Positions 40,202 to 51,693 are shown, counted from the first letter of the stretch. The stretch: 64,000 nt of DNA from Lysobacterales bacterium (GCA_036351055.1 JAZBOH010000208.1:2935-66934), one strand, 5' to 3'. Made by a program: numbers and translations. The notes: a model not told the origin generated them from the sequence alone.

Positions 40202-40888
40202 ATGCGAGTTTTGATAATCGAAGACAATCCGGATATTGCCGCCAACCTCGGTGATTACCTGGAAGATCACGGCCATACCGTGGATTTTGCTGGTGACGGC
40301 ATCACCGGACTACACCTGGCGGTTGTTAACGACTTCGACGCGATTGTCCTGGACCTGGCCCTGCCGGGTATGGACGGTCTCGAGGTCTGCCGCAAACTGC
40401 GCACCGAGGCCGGCAAAGATACGCCGGTACTGATGCTGACGGCGCGTGACCGGCTCGAGGACAAGCTGGCCGGATTCGATACCGGCGCCGACGATTACCT
40501 GGTCAAGCCATTTGAACTGCAAGAGGTCGCTGCGCGGCTGAAGGTTCTGTCCGGCCGTGGCCGGCGGCGTAACCGGCGGGAGTTGAAAGTCGGTGACCTT
40601 ACTTACAACATGGACACGCTGAACGTCGACCGGGGCGGCGAGGAGATCTACCTGAACCCGATTGGCCTGAAACTATTGCACTGCCTGATGAACGCCTCTC
40701 CCAACGTGGTTTCGCGTGCGGAACTCGAGATGGAAGTCTGGGGTGAGGAAATGCCAGACAGTGACAGCCTGCGTGTGCATATTCACTCGCTGCGCAGCGC
40801 CATAGACAAACCCTTCGGTAGCAACATGATCCAGACCCGTCACGGAATCGGTTACCGCCTGGTCGAGCCGGATGCAGTATCGTCGTAG
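40202..40888 (+). CDS. OmpR family response regulator
   Basis: Receiver (MRVLIIEDN.., DAIVLDLALPGMDG, LTAR, KPF) plus a winged-helix C-terminus (..TRHGIGYRL). Confidence 0.92.
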   Translation: MRVLIIEDNPDIAANLGDYLEDHGHTVDFAGDGITGLHLAVVNDFDAIVLDLALPGMDGLEVCRKLRTEAGKDTPVLMLTARDRLEDKLAGFDTGADDYLVKPFELQEVAARLKVLSGRGRRRNRRELKVGDLTYNMDTLNVDRGGEEIYLNPIGLKLLHCLMNASPNVVSRAELEMEVWGEEMPDSDSLRVHIHSLRSAIDKPFGSNMIQTRHGIGYRLVEPDAVSS

Positions 40889-42149
40889 GCTTCGCAGCCG
40901 GATCGTTCTCTCATTCCTGGTATTTGGAACCCTGCTGAGCGCTCTGTTCGCGCTCAGCACGCTGTTGCTGCAGGATTACGTCGAAGACAAGCTCATCGGC
41001 GATACCATCGAACAGGAACTGGACGACTACGTAACGCAGTTGCGACTGGATCCCTCGGTAGTCGAGCCGTTTTACACCCGCATCCAGGGCTACATCACGA
41101 GACCCGGTGATCCCAACCAGACCGTTACCCCGGAGGTCCGTGACCTGCCGAACGGTGTTCACGACGTTCGTATCGCGGGCGGTGTTTTCAAGGCGGCCGT
41201 GCGCAAGGAGGACGATCTCTGGGCGTTCCTGATTTACGACGTCAGCGACAACCAGCGCATCGAAAGGCTGCTGATAATCGGTCTTATCGGGGTTGTCCTG
41301 TTGTTTTCACTCATGTCTTTCATGCTGGGCGTGTCTTCCTCCAGGCGGGTCATGAAACCCGTGACCGACCTGGCCGCGCGCCTGGACACCCTGAGTGAGG
41401 AAGGCAAGCCGGAAAAGCTGTCCGAACATTTTGCCGATGATGAAGTCGGCCAACTCGCTAACGCCCTGGACAGTTATGCCGACCGCCTGCACCACCTGGT
41501 TGAGCGCGACCGGGAATTCAACGCCGATGTCAGCCACGAACTGCGCTCGCCGCTAACCGTCATCACGGGTGCCACCGAACTCCTTCTCACCCAGCCGGAC
41601 CTGGACGAAAAAGTGCGGACGAGGTTGTTGCGGATCGCCCGCGCGGCGCGCCAGTCGGCTGATATTACGACGGCGCTGCTCCATCTCGTGCGGGCCGAAC
41701 AGGGTGTCGACCAGGACAGCAGCGCCCACAATATCGGTCGTATCGTCAACGAAGTTGTGCACCTCTACGAGCCCCTGGTTGGCAACAAGGACCTCGTGCT
41801 GCGGGTTGCAGAGGAAGACCGTGTGAGCGTTATTGCACCCGAGTCAGTGGTCGCCGTGACGGTTGGCAACCTGATCGGCAACGCAATGCGCTACACGACG
41901 GAAGGCGAGGTGGTCATCACCATTGGTAAAGGGCGAGTCACTGTCGAAGACACGGGGCCGGGAATTCCTGAAGAAGACCTGGAACGCGTGTTTGAGCGCC
42001 ACTACCGTGGCCAGAATATATCCGGCAAGGGTTCTGGCCTGGGGCTGGCGATTGTCAAGCGGCTGTGTGAACTGTATGGCTGGTCCGTGCACTTTAGCAA
42101 CCGTGAAAGCGGTGGTTTGCGTGCGGAATTGAAATTCTTCGGAGAATAG
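40872..42149 (+). CDS. Sensor histidine kinase (two TM segments, HAMP, HisKA, HATPase_c)
   Basis: H-box FNADVSHELRSPLT, N box GNAMRY and G boxes DTGPGI / GLGLAIV. Overlaps the response regulator gene by 17 nt. Confidence 0.9.
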   Translation: MQYRRRLRSRIVLSFLVFGTLLSALFALSTLLLQDYVEDKLIGDTIEQELDDYVTQLRLDPSVVEPFYTRIQGYITRPGDPNQTVTPEVRDLPNGVHDVRIAGGVFKAAVRKEDDLWAFLIYDVSDNQRIERLLIIGLIGVVLLFSLMSFMLGVSSSRRVMKPVTDLAARLDTLSEEGKPEKLSEHFADDEVGQLANALDSYADRLHHLVERDREFNADVSHELRSPLTVITGATELLLTQPDLDEKVRTRLLRIARAARQSADITTALLHLVRAEQGVDQDSSAHNIGRIVNEVVHLYEPLVGNKDLVLRVAEEDRVSVIAPESVVAVTVGNLIGNAMRYTTEGEVVITIGKGRVTVEDTGPGIPEEDLERVFERHYRGQNISGKGSGLGLAIVKRLCELYGWSVHFSNRESGGLRAELKFFGE

Positions 42150-42150
42150 A

Positions 42151-42528
42151 ATGAGCATCATCTCCTGTCCCGAATGTGGCAAGAAAGTTTCCAGTCTGAC
42201 ACCTATCTGCCCCCATTGCGGACACCAGGCCGGGGAAGTCTCAGAGGAAGACCTGGCGATTTTTCGGGCCCGCAAGCTGCGTGACCGGATTTATCGCCTT
42301 AACATGGCCAGTTACCTGGTGATCACGGTATTCCTGGCGGCGTTTGGCTGGTACTGGTGGGATTCAAGCGGCTTTAGCCAGGCGTCATCAGCCGGCCCTT
42401 TCATCCTGATGGCCATCGCGGCGATTGCTTACCTCACCGTCCGCGGTTTGCTGTTCCACGCCCGCAGCCAGCAAAAGGTCATGCGCCAAAGCCGTAAAAT
42501 GAGCAGCGACCTGCGACGAAACCTGTAG
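42151..42528 (+). CDS. Zinc-ribbon membrane protein, unknown function
   Basis: 125 aa with N-terminal CPECG...CPHCG zinc ribbon followed by two TM helices. The ATG is 1 nt after the kinase stop. Confidence 0.6.
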   Translation: MSIISCPECGKKVSSLTPICPHCGHQAGEVSEEDLAIFRARKLRDRIYRLNMASYLVITVFLAAFGWYWWDSSGFSQASSAGPFILMAIAAIAYLTVRGLLFHARSQQKVMRQSRKMSSDLRRNL

Positions 42529-42614
42529 AACGAAAAGCCAGGTTACTGGGGAGACGAAAGGGCTGCGGCTTTACCGCAGGCAAAAAAGCGCGTCCGCAGT
42601 GCCGTAGCCCAAAC

Positions 42615-43136
42615 TTATTGAATTCGCTTGACCTTACACTCTGATTTGTAGCCCTCGATATGCAAACTCCAGGAGCTGAACAGGCCGGGTTCGATCACAG
42701 CAACCGGGTTTTCCAGGTCCTTCACGTAAAACTTGTCGCGATCGTCCTGTACCCAGATCATGCCATTTTCAAGCTTGAAAATGGTCTGGCCATCCCAGCC
42801 ATCGAACTCGCCCACGATCGCACTCCTGATGGGCGAATCGTCTTTTTTGTCATCCGAGGCCAGGCCGCGGCGATCGCCACCGGCAACGGCGGCTTCAGAG
42901 GTTGCAGCGGCGGTTGATGTTGCGGCCACGGCCCCGGCCGGTGTATCCAGCGTGCCCAGTGAATGTGCTCGGATCCAGGCATTCAGGGCGTCCAGTTCCT
43001 GTTGCGATAATTTGCCCAGCCCCGCGGCCATGAACTCCTTGCCGGTCATTTGTTCTTCGAGCGAGGAAAATCCATCTGCGGCCATGGCGGACACGCTGGT
43101 GGTCAGGGCGAGGAGGGCAACAAGAATTTTTTTCAT
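42615..43136 (-). CDS. Secreted hypothetical protein
   Basis: 173 aa with signal peptide MKKILVALLALTTSVSAMA, an Ala/Thr-rich linker and a C-terminal beta-rich domain. No family recognised. Confidence 0.6.
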   Translation of the reverse strand: MKKILVALLALTTSVSAMAADGFSSLEEQMTGKEFMAAGLGKLSQQELDALNAWIRAHSLGTLDTPAGAVAATSTAAATSEAAVAGGDRRGLASDDKKDDSPIRSAIVGEFDGWDGQTIFKLENGMIWVQDDRDKFYVKDLENPVAVIEPGLFSSWSLHIEGYKSECKVKRIQ

Positions 43137-43253
43137 TTCATCAACCTTAAAACGCGGAACCGCGAAAGTCTAACATGGACCATGAAAGCATGGCGATCGT
43201 TCCGGGAACGGTTTTTGGCAAAGGCGAAAGACGGGAAGAGCAGCTCTCTGGAT

Positions 43254-44441
43254 CTACAGGTCCTGCTTGTAACGCACGTATGGAATCCGGCCGTAAATGG
43301 ATTCCAGCGGATCGACCGGCGTGTTCTCAACACTGCTTACGTTTTCAGCCCCTGCATTGGTCAGGTTACTGGCGCCAACGGTCAGGTTGGCATTCCATGG
43401 AGTTCGCCAGGTGAAGTGCACGTCGAATGTCGTCAGGCTGTCCACGCTATTGCGGTTCAGGAAGTCAACAGAGTCGCGATAGAAGCCCTGGATGCCGCCA
43501 CTGAATGAACCACGGCTCCACTCGAGGTTCATCTGGGCCGAGTTGAAGGGTTCGGCTACGGTCCATGACAGGGCTTCGGCGCTGCTGGCGTAAATGCCCT
43601 GGTACTCGGCTTCGAGTATGTGAGAAAACGCAAGCCCGAGCTGGATGTCACCGCTGTTGTCGGTAGTGATTCCAACCTTGAAATTCAGGTCCACGCCACT
43701 GGCTTCACTGTTCAGGTACTGAAGCGGATCGCCGCCTGAATTCGGAACGAGCGGGTTACCCAGGTTGGGTGACAGCAGTGGGCCTGCCAGGGTTGCCTGG
43801 CCTTGAACCTGATTGAACGGTTGCACGCCGGCTTGGCGGACAGCTGCATCCTGGTTAAACCAGTTGATCGAGGTCGAGGCATTGGAGAAGTCCATTTTTG
43901 CCCCGAGGTCAATCCGCCGTTGCTCGCTTGTTGCAATGGGCTCATTGACAAAGCGGCAACCAGAGGCTGTATAGGAATCTGCGCGCAAGACCCCGTTCAT
44001 ACACTGAATGCTGCCCAGGGACTGGAACCGGGCTGTGCCCACTTGCTTGTCGACGCCCGCGGTCAGGCTGAAATTATCGGCAACGGGAACATTCAGGGTT
44101 GCATCCAGGCCAAGCAGGTTGCTGCCGTTGTCCAGCACCCGCGCCCGTGTTCCGCCATGCAGCGACAGGGGCTGTCCAAGCTGGAGTTGAAGCTTCTGTG
44201 TTTCACTGCCGCCGAGGTCAAAATCAAGCCCGGCGTTCGGATCCATGACCAGGGGATACGACTGCGTGCCCACATTTACCGGCGTGCTGCTTTCGGAAAT
44301 GAGCTTCAGCGTACCGTTGGGCAGGATTGGCGTGACCGTCGCCTGATCGGCAGCCTGGGTTCCACTGGTCCCCAGGCACAGCAACAAGACGGGCATGAAA
44401 ATCCCGATCCTTATTTTCTTGTTGGCCTGGATGGTGCGCAT
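43254..44441 (-). CDS. Outer-membrane beta-barrel protein resembling the C-terminal barrel of TonB-dependent receptors (no plug)
   Basis: 395 aa with signal peptide and alternating amphipathic strands. The C-terminal ..NLTVGASNLTN......GRIPYVRYKQDL is like TBDR barrel ends. Confidence 0.55.
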   Translation of the reverse strand: MRTIQANKKIRIGIFMPVLLLCLGTSGTQAADQATVTPILPNGTLKLISESSTPVNVGTQSYPLVMDPNAGLDFDLGGSETQKLQLQLGQPLSLHGGTRARVLDNGSNLLGLDATLNVPVADNFSLTAGVDKQVGTARFQSLGSIQCMNGVLRADSYTASGCRFVNEPIATSEQRRIDLGAKMDFSNASTSINWFNQDAAVRQAGVQPFNQVQGQATLAGPLLSPNLGNPLVPNSGGDPLQYLNSEASGVDLNFKVGITTDNSGDIQLGLAFSHILEAEYQGIYASSAEALSWTVAEPFNSAQMNLEWSRGSFSGGIQGFYRDSVDFLNRNSVDSLTTFDVHFTWRTPWNANLTVGASNLTNAGAENVSSVENTPVDPLESIYGRIPYVRYKQDL

Positions 44442-44647
44442 TATTCGTTTTGCCTGAACTAATTATCCGTCCGGATTCCGCTCACTGCTGCCTTAGAGGG
44501 CTGACACAACTAAAAGTTTAGTTCAATCTTAACAAATTTCTACACCCCGGGCCTTAAAAAGCATACAAAAAACAGGGCCCAGGTAGAGCGCCGCAATGAT
44601 ACAAGGCTGATATACTTTCAGAAATTCAACTGGAATGGATTTGAGTC

Positions 44648-45211
44648 ATGGTCAGCACCTACACCCCCGTTTGCGATTTCGGAATTTCAGCCCCCGGATT
44701 TTCACTGCCCGGTGTGGATGGACGCACCTGGACCCTTGAAGACTGTGCGGGTCCGAACGGGCTTCTCGTCATGTTTATCTGCAATCACTGCCCCTATGTC
44801 AAAGCCATCAACCACAAACTTGTTCGGGACGCGGGCGAGTTAAGAACGCTGGGTATCAGCAGTGTCGCTATCATGTCCAACGACCCTGCGGATTACCCGG
44901 AGGACTCGTTTGACAACATGAAAAAAGTGGCTGACAAATTTGGCTATCCTTTCCCCTACCTGATCGACGAGTCGCAACAGACAGCCCGTGACTACGGTGC
45001 GGTCTGCACGCCAGATTTTTTTGGGTATAACGGCAAGTTGGAATTGCAATACCGGGGACGGTTGGATGCGAGCGGGCGTGAACCGGATACCGGAGACGCG
45101 AGGCGGGATCTTTTCCTGGCCATGAAGCAGGTCGCCGAGACGGGGCGCGGCCCGGAAGAACAGGTGTCCTCGATCGGTTGTTCGATCAAGTGGCGGGCAG
45201 ACTCCGCTTGA
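44648..45211 (+). CDS. Thioredoxin-fold protein (redoxin/AhpC-TSA-like thiol-disulfide oxidoreductase)
   Basis: 187 aa with CxxC-type motif FICNHCPYV and ...IMSNDP..YPEDSF..M. Typical of this thioredoxin-like family. Confidence 0.85.
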   Translation: MVSTYTPVCDFGISAPGFSLPGVDGRTWTLEDCAGPNGLLVMFICNHCPYVKAINHKLVRDAGELRTLGISSVAIMSNDPADYPEDSFDNMKKVADKFGYPFPYLIDESQQTARDYGAVCTPDFFGYNGKLELQYRGRLDASGREPDTGDARRDLFLAMKQVAETGRGPEEQVSSIGCSIKWRADSA

Positions 45212-45276
45212 TACCCGGCCAGGGGAGACACTATGCTCTTCCGGAGTAAAGCACCTTATCAACGAGGTACACGAAA

Positions 45277-45711
45277 ATGAGTAAAGTTTTGCTGGTTGGC
45301 GTCGACTGCAGTGACTGCAGTAACCGCGCCCTCGATTACGCGGCAAAGGGCGCTGAGAAATCGAAGCTGCAGCTGATCGTCGTTCACGTGATCGACTGGT
45401 CGCCGTTCACGTTCAGCACACCGAAAGAGAATGAAGCCCGGCATCAACGGCGGGAAGAAGAACTCGAGCGCGCCCACAAGGAGATCGTTGATCCGGTAGT
45501 GAGCGAGTTGAGAAAGCAGGGGCATTATGCACGCGGCGTGGTTCGTCACGGGCACCCGGCGGAAACAATTAACGCGGTGGCAAAGGAGTTTGGTGCGACC
45601 AATGTCATTATCGGCAAAACAGGGTCATCGCGGCTCAAAACCCAGCTCTTTGGCAGCGTTGCCAATACGCTGGTGCAGATCTGTGAATTGCCGGTAACCG
45701 TCGTACCCTGA
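45277..45711 (+). CDS. Universal stress protein (UspA family)
   Basis: 144 aa with VLLVGVDCSDCSNRALDYA ... and the C-terminal ATP-binding motif IIGKTGSSRLK..LFGSVA.. Confidence 0.9.
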   Translation: MSKVLLVGVDCSDCSNRALDYAAKGAEKSKLQLIVVHVIDWSPFTFSTPKENEARHQRREEELERAHKEIVDPVVSELRKQGHYARGVVRHGHPAETINAVAKEFGATNVIIGKTGSSRLKTQLFGSVANTLVQICELPVTVVP

Positions 45712-45742
45712 AAAACAAAAAACCTACTGACTGGAGAGTCTG

Positions 45743-47314
45743 ATGCGGTTGCAAAAACCGGGGCGCTGGTGCGTTCCCGCCCTGCTGTGGTGGCTGTTCC
45801 CTTCCCCGCTGTTTGCCGTGGAGGGTGTCGATTCACAGATCAACGAAGCCATCAAACCCTGGGCCGACGCGGTATCGGGATTTGTTTTTTCCTCGTTCCC
45901 GGTGGCTGGCGTTGATATTCCGTTTGTTCTTGTCTGGCTAATTTTTGCAGCCATATTTTTTACGTTCTATTTCAGGTTCATCAACGTCCGTGCGTTCAGG
46001 CACGGATTCGAACTGGTCCGGGGCGACTACAGTGATCCGCTGGCTGCCGGTGAGGTCTCTCACTTCCAGGCGCTGACCACGGCGCTGTCCGGAACCGTGG
46101 GGCTTGGCAACATCGCGGGTGTGGCGGTCGCGGTTTCCCTCGGTGGCCCAGGTGCGACTTTCTGGATGATACTGGCCGGTCTGCTTGGCATGTCCTCAAA
46201 GTTCGTCGAGTGCACGCTGGGTGTGAAGTACCGCAACGAATACACGGACGGCACCGTTTCGGGCGGTCCCATGTACTACCTCTCCAAGGGTCTGGCCGAG
46301 CGCAGCGACAAACTGAGAACCCTGGGCCGTGTCCTGGCGGTCCTGTTTGCAATATTCTGCGTGGGCGGTTCCTTCGGCGGCGGCAACATGTTCCAGGCCA
46401 ACCAGAGCTTCATGCAGGTCCTGGCGGTGACCGGCGGTGAGGCCAGCTGGCTGGCCGGTAAGGGCTGGCTGTTTGGCATTGTCGTCGCGCTGCTGGTGGG
46501 CCTGGTTATCATTGGCGGTATCCAGGGCATCGCCCGGGTGACGTCGAGAATCGTGCCCGTGATGGCGCTGGTATATGTGCTTGCCGGCCTGGTCGTCATT
46601 TTCATGCACCTTGGCGAGGTGCCGGCCGCGATTGCTTCGATCCTGTCCGGTGCGTTCAGCCCAGAAGGTGTGGCCGGAGGTGTGGTCGGCGTTCTCTTCC
46701 AGGGATTCAAGCGCGCCGCGTTCTCCAACGAGGCGGGTATCGGCTCGGCCGCAATTGCCCATTCAGCAGTGCGTACCAGTCGACCTGTAACCGAGGGTTT
46801 CGTGGCGCTTTACGAGCCGTTTGTCGATACCGTGGTGGTGTGCACGATAACCGCGCTGGTCATTGTCATTACCGGCTCATGGAACCCCGCAGTGGATCCG
46901 GGCCAGGGCGTTGCGCTGACCTCTGCCGCCTTCGAATCCACGATCTCCTGGTTCCCCTGGGTACTGACCGTCGCGGTCGTTCTGTTTGCCTTTTCCACAA
47001 TGGTTTCCTGGTCCTACTACGGGCTCAAGGCCTGGACCTATCTTTTTGGGGAGTCGGTCATCACCGATGCCATTTACAAGTTCCTGTTCCTGGTTTTCAT
47101 CGTATTGGGTTCGTCCATGCAACTCGGCTCCGTGATCGACTTTTCGGATGCCATGATTTTCGCGATGGCTTTTCCCAACATACTCGGCATCTATTTCCTG
47201 TTACCGGTGGTCAAAAAAGAACTGGACAGCTACTGGGCTGACTACAAGCAGGGCAGGCTGCAAAAATTTGGCAAAGCGGCCATGCGCGAGAGAATGACGC
47301 GGGTCAAATCGTAA
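45743..47314 (+). CDS. Alanine/glycine:cation symporter (AGCS) family transporter
   Basis: 523 aa. Signature is [35 protein letters not shown] ... [14 protein letters not shown]. Confidence 0.9.
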   Translation: MRLQKPGRWCVPALLWWLFPSPLFAVEGVDSQINEAIKPWADAVSGFVFSSFPVAGVDIPFVLVWLIFAAIFFTFYFRFINVRAFRHGFELVRGDYSDPLAAGEVSHFQALTTALSGTVGLGNIAGVAVAVSLGGPGATFWMILAGLLGMSSKFVECTLGVKYRNEYTDGTVSGGPMYYLSKGLAERSDKLRTLGRVLAVLFAIFCVGGSFGGGNMFQANQSFMQVLAVTGGEASWLAGKGWLFGIVVALLVGLVIIGGIQGIARVTSRIVPVMALVYVLAGLVVIFMHLGEVPAAIASILSGAFSPEGVAGGVVGVLFQGFKRAAFSNEAGIGSAAIAHSAVRTSRPVTEGFVALYEPFVDTVVVCTITALVIVITGSWNPAVDPGQGVALTSAAFESTISWFPWVLTVAVVLFAFSTMVSWSYYGLKAWTYLFGESVITDAIYKFLFLVFIVLGSSMQLGSVIDFSDAMIFAMAFPNILGIYFLLPVVKKELDSYWADYKQGRLQKFGKAAMRERMTRVKS

Positions 47315-47456
47315 TTGGTCAGACCAGTGTATGCTGCGCCTGCGCTTGCTGCATAGAGCAATAGATTGCACAATTACCAGTTGACCTTCTTTTTCCAGCT
47401 GTAAACCGTCGACGCGCGTCGCGTCGGCCGCCTGGCTCTGTAAATAAGGAACTCCG

Positions 47457-49463
47457 ATGCCTGACCGAAAACAACTTGCCAACGCTATTCGATTTTTAAC
47501 AATGGATGCCGTGCAGAGGGCCAATTCCGGGCACCCGGGCGCGCCGATGGGGATGGCGGACCTGGCCGAGGTCGTGTGGCGCAGCAACCTCAAACACAAT
47601 CCGCTCAATGCAAGTTGGGCCGACCGGGACCGTTTCGTCCTTTCCAATGGTCATGGCTCGATGCTGCTTTATTCCCTGTTGCACCTGAGCGGATATGACC
47701 TGTCCATTGACGATATCAAGGATTTTCGCCAGTTACACTCCAAGACCCCGGGTCACCCTGAATTTGGTGACACGCCAGGTGCGGAAACCACCACCGGGCC
47801 ACTTGGCCAGGGCATTGCCAACGCCGTTGGCATGGCGTTGGCGGAGAAAGTCCTGGCAAACCGTTTTAACCGTGGCGGGCATGAAATTGTTGATCACCAC
47901 ACCTGGGCCTTCATGGGTGACGGTTGCCTGATGGAAGGCATTTCCCATGAGGCCTGTTCGCTGGCCGGACGTTTTGGCCTGGGTAAGTTGATCGCCTTCT
48001 GGGATGACAACGGAATTTCCATCGACGGTCATGTCGAGGGCTGGTTCACCGATGACACGCCGGCACGTTTCGAAGCATACGGCTGGCAGGTTATTCGTGG
48101 TGTCGACGGTCACGATCCGGTCGAGATCCAGCAGGCCATCGATACGGCCAGGGCGGAAAAAGACCGCCCGACCCTGATCTGCGCCCGTACCGTCATTGGA
48201 TTCGGGTCGCCCAACAAGCAGGGAACGGAATCGGTACATGGTGCGCCCCTGGGTGACGCGGAAATCGCCGCGGCCCGGGAATACCTCGACTGGCCATATG
48301 CTCCGTTCGATATTCCTGAAGACATTTATGCCGAGTGGAATGCCCGGGAGTCCGGTACCGAGGCCGAAACAGCCTGGCAGGAAAAGTTCGAAGCCTATCG
48401 CAAGGACTATGCCGGCCTGGCCGAGGAGTTCGAACGGCGCATGAGCGGCCGGCTGCCCGGCAACTGGGCAGAAGAAACGAGTCGGATCGTTGGAGAACTG
48501 CAGGCTGCGGGTGGCGATGTCGCCACGCGTAAATCCTCCCAGATCGCCTTGAACGCATTCGGGCCGCTGCTGCCCGAACTGATTGGCGGCTCGGCAGACC
48601 TGGCGGGCTCCAACAATACAATCTGGTCCGGCAGCGTAGACGTGAACGACGGCAGCGAGGACGGCAACTACATCTATTTTGGCGTGCGCGAGTTCGGCAT
48701 GACGGCCATTTGCAACGGGCTGGGTCTGCACGGCGGTTTCGTGCCCTACAACGCGACTTTCCTGGTGTTTTCAGACTATGCGCGCAACGCGGTGCGCATG
48801 TCGGCGCTGTTGCCGGTTCAGAACATTTATGTCTACACCCACGATTCCATCGGGCTGGGCGAGGATGGGCCGACCCACCAGCCTGTTGAACACGTCGCCA
48901 GCCTGCGGCTGATTCCGGGGCTGGATGTCTGGAGACCATGCGACACGGTCGAGTCCGCGGTGGCATGGAAGTGCGCAATCGAAAAACAGAATGGGCCATC
49001 GGCGCTTATCCTGACTCGCCAGGGCTTGCCGCAACAGCCGAGAACGGCTCAGCAATTGCATGACGTGGCCCGTGGCGCTTACGTGCTCAGCGCTGGGGAA
49101 GGGCAGCCCGAGGCCTTGATCGTCGCAACGGGCTCCGAGGTGAAGCTGGCGGTTGAAGCTGCAAACAAGCTGTCATCAGAGGGCGTTAAAGTTAACGTTG
49201 TTTCGATGCCCAATCCTGGCCTGTTCCTGCAACAGGATGAGAATTATCGCGAATCCGTCCTGCCTTCCTCAGTGAAGGCAAGGGTCGTGGTCGAAGCCGG
49301 CGTTACCGCCTGCTGGGCCGCGATCGCCGGGGACCGGGGTCGCGTAATAGGTGTGGACACGTTTGGTGCTTCGGCGCCGGCGCCCGCACTGTTCGAATAT
49401 TTCGGGCTGACGGTAGAAAACGTCAGCCAGGCCGTCAGGGATTCCCTGGCGGAAACCGGTTAA
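47457..49463 (+). CDS. tkt: Transketolase
   Basis: 668 aa. N-terminus ([28 protein letters not shown]) and TPP motif [13 protein letters not shown]. Confidence 0.97.
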   Translation: MPDRKQLANAIRFLTMDAVQRANSGHPGAPMGMADLAEVVWRSNLKHNPLNASWADRDRFVLSNGHGSMLLYSLLHLSGYDLSIDDIKDFRQLHSKTPGHPEFGDTPGAETTTGPLGQGIANAVGMALAEKVLANRFNRGGHEIVDHHTWAFMGDGCLMEGISHEACSLAGRFGLGKLIAFWDDNGISIDGHVEGWFTDDTPARFEAYGWQVIRGVDGHDPVEIQQAIDTARAEKDRPTLICARTVIGFGSPNKQGTESVHGAPLGDAEIAAAREYLDWPYAPFDIPEDIYAEWNARESGTEAETAWQEKFEAYRKDYAGLAEEFERRMSGRLPGNWAEETSRIVGELQAAGGDVATRKSSQIALNAFGPLLPELIGGSADLAGSNNTIWSGSVDVNDGSEDGNYIYFGVREFGMTAICNGLGLHGGFVPYNATFLVFSDYARNAVRMSALLPVQNIYVYTHDSIGLGEDGPTHQPVEHVASLRLIPGLDVWRPCDTVESAVAWKCAIEKQNGPSALILTRQGLPQQPRTAQQLHDVARGAYVLSAGEGQPEALIVATGSEVKLAVEAANKLSSEGVKVNVVSMPNPGLFLQQDENYRESVLPSSVKARVVVEAGVTACWAAIAGDRGRVIGVDTFGASAPAPALFEYFGLTVENVSQAVRDSLAETG

Positions 49464-49493
49464 TTTCAACCAATAGCAAGGAGAAATCTAGCA

Positions 49494-50498
49494 ATGACCA
49501 TTAAAGTAGCAATCAACGGCTATGGACGTATCGGCCGTAACATCATGCGTGCGGTTCATGAGTACGGCTGGGGAGACAGGATCGAAATCGTAGCTATCAA
49601 TGACCTGGGTGACGCGGCAACCAATGCCCACCTGACCAAGTACGACACGGCTCACGGTATTTTCGCGGCCGACGTTTCCGTCGAAGACGGTGACCTGGTC
49701 GTCAACGGCAAACACGTCAAGGTTTTCGCAGAACGCGACCCCTCCAAGCTGCCCTGGGCAGAGCTGGGTGTAGACGTGGTTTACGAGTGCACCGGTCTTT
49801 TCCGCAGCAAGGCAACGGCAGGCGCCCACATCGCTGCCGGCGCCAAGAAAGTCATCGTTTCCGCTCCGGGCCAGAACGTGGACAACACGGTCGTCTTCGG
49901 TGTAAACGACGGTGACCTGAAGGCGAGCGACGAAGTCATTTCGAACGCTTCCTGCACGACCAACTGCCTGGCGCCCGTGGCGAAGGTTCTGGATGAAAAC
50001 ATCGGCATCGAGAACGGCCTGATGAACACCATCCACGCCTACACCAATGACCAGGTTCTGACCGATGTATTCCATTCAGACCTGCGCCGTGCGCGTTCCG
50101 CCACCATGAGCATGATCCCGACCAAGACCGGTGCCGCGGCCGCTGTTGGACTGGTTCTGCCCAAGCTGAACGGCAAGCTCGATGGCTTCTCGTTGCGCGT
50201 CCCGACCATCAACGTCTCCGTGGTCGACCTGAGCGTCATCACCAGCCGCCCGACGACCGTTGAAGAAGTCAATTCGCTGATGAAAGCCGCCGCAGAAGGT
50301 GAGCTGAAGGGCGTCCTGGCTTACAACGATCTGCCACTGGTGTCGATTGACTTCAACCACAACCCCGCGTCATCTTCCTTTGATGCAGGCCTTACCCGCG
50401 TCAACGGGAACCTGCTCAAGGTGCTGGCGTGGTACGACAACGAGTGGGGTTTCAGCTGCCGTATGCTGGATACCACCGTTGCCCTGATGAATGCCTGA
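49494..50498 (+). CDS. gap: Type I glyceraldehyde-3-phosphate dehydrogenase (an Epd-type enzyme cannot be excluded)
   Basis: 334 aa with [10 protein letters not shown] and catalytic [12 protein letters not shown]. Sits in the tkt-gap-pgk context. Confidence 0.93.
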   Translation: MTIKVAINGYGRIGRNIMRAVHEYGWGDRIEIVAINDLGDAATNAHLTKYDTAHGIFAADVSVEDGDLVVNGKHVKVFAERDPSKLPWAELGVDVVYECTGLFRSKATAGAHIAAGAKKVIVSAPGQNVDNTVVFGVNDGDLKASDEVISNASCTTNCLAPVAKVLDENIGIENGLMNTIHAYTNDQVLTDVFHSDLRRARSATMSMIPTKTGAAAAVGLVLPKLNGKLDGFSLRVPTINVSVVDLSVITSRPTTVEEVNSLMKAAAEGELKGVLAYNDLPLVSIDFNHNPASSSFDAGLTRVNGNLLKVLAWYDNEWGFSCRMLDTTVALMNA

Positions 50499-50504
50499 GG
50501 AAAC

Positions 50505-51683
50505 ATGAGTTACTTACGCATAGAAGACCTGGATCTGGCCCGGAAACGGGTCATGATCCGCCAGGATCTGAATGTCCCGGTCAGCAATGGCCGGGTCACA
50601 TCAGACGCGCGCATCCGCGCCTCACTACCCACGATTGAACTGGCGCTGGAAAAGGGCGCGGCAGTGATCCTGCTATCGCACCTGGGGCGCCCCGTGGAAG
50701 GCGAACCGGATCCGAAGTTTTCGATGCAGCCGGTTGCCGATCGCATGGCCGAGCTCCTGGGCCGGCCCGTCAGGCTTGAAAAAGACTGGCTGGGTGGCTT
50801 CGAAGTTGCTCCGGGTGAAGTTGTGCTCTGTGAAAACGTCCGCTTCCATGCAGGCGAGAAGGAGAACGACGAAGATCTCGCGCGCAGCTACGCATCATTG
50901 TGTGATGTTTTCGTCATGGATGCGTTCGGCACAGCTCACCGTGCCCAGGCCTCCACCGAGGGCGTTACCCGTTTTGCTCCGGTCGCGGCGGCCGGGCTGT
51001 TGCTCAGCCGGGAACTTGATGCACTTGAAAAAGGGCTTAAAAATCCTGAGCGGCCGATGCTGGCTATCGTTGGCGGATCCAAGGTTTCCACCAAGCTGAC
51101 GGTTCTTGACACACTGCTCGACAAGGTGGACGAGTTAATCGTTGGCGGCGGTATTGCCAATACCTTCATCGCGGCATCCGGTTACAACGTCGGTAAATCG
51201 CTGTACGAGGCCGATCTTCTCCATGATGCCCAGCGGTTGATCAAGAAAGCCCACCAGCGCGGCGGTTCGATCCCGATTCCCAGGGACGTCGTCGTGGCCA
51301 AGGCCTTCGAGAAAGACGCCGCAGCGTTTGTCAGGAAGGTCGATAAGGTTGGTGACGATGAAATGATCCTGGATATCGGCCCGCTGACCGCTATCGAATA
51401 CTCCGAGATCATCGCGGGCGCCGGCACGATCATCTGGAATGGCCCCGTTGGCGTGTTCGAGTTCAAGAATTTTGCAGCGGGCACGCGTTCACTGGCCGAG
51501 GCCATCGCCCTTTCATCGGCCTACAGCATTGCAGGTGGTGGTGATACATTGGCCGCTATCGACCAGTTCGGTATCCGCGAGGATATCAGTTATATTTCGA
51601 CCGGAGGCGGTGCATTCCTCGAGTTTGTCGAAGGAAAAACGCTGCCTGCCGTGGCTGCGCTTGAAGCCATCGCTGCGCGCTGA
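50505..51683 (+). CDS. pgk: Phosphoglycerate kinase
   Basis: 392 aa with R.DLNVP, LSHLGRP and FGTAHRA motifs and C-terminal [10 protein letters not shown]. Confidence 0.97.
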   Translation: MSYLRIEDLDLARKRVMIRQDLNVPVSNGRVTSDARIRASLPTIELALEKGAAVILLSHLGRPVEGEPDPKFSMQPVADRMAELLGRPVRLEKDWLGGFEVAPGEVVLCENVRFHAGEKENDEDLARSYASLCDVFVMDAFGTAHRAQASTEGVTRFAPVAAAGLLLSRELDALEKGLKNPERPMLAIVGGSKVSTKLTVLDTLLDKVDELIVGGGIANTFIAASGYNVGKSLYEADLLHDAQRLIKKAHQRGGSIPIPRDVVVAKAFEKDAAAFVRKVDKVGDDEMILDIGPLTAIEYSEIIAGAGTIIWNGPVGVFEFKNFAAGTRSLAEAIALSSAYSIAGGGDTLAAIDQFGIREDISYISTGGGAFLEFVEGKTLPAVAALEAIAAR

Positions 51684-51693
51684 AATACATACT

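Noticed and set aside
45212-45742. Glycine riboswitch upstream of the alanine/glycine:cation symporter.
   Set aside because: Only 31 nt separate uspA from the symporter and 65 nt precede uspA. That is too short for a glycine riboswitch, and no conserved aptamer core was seen.
47331-47384. Leu/Arg-rich mini-ORF (MLRLRLLHRAIDCTITS) upstream of tkt as a possible leader peptide.
   Set aside because: No terminator/antiterminator pair follows it, and the downstream gene (tkt) has no logical link to Leu or Arg supply. It is likely chance in GC-rich sequence.
49494-50498. Calling the gap-like gene erythrose-4-phosphate dehydrogenase (epd) because of the tkt-epd-pgk order in E. coli.
   Set aside because: The visible motifs do not discriminate Epd from GapA, and no second gap gene is visible to compare. 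It is kept as type I GAPDH with a caveat.
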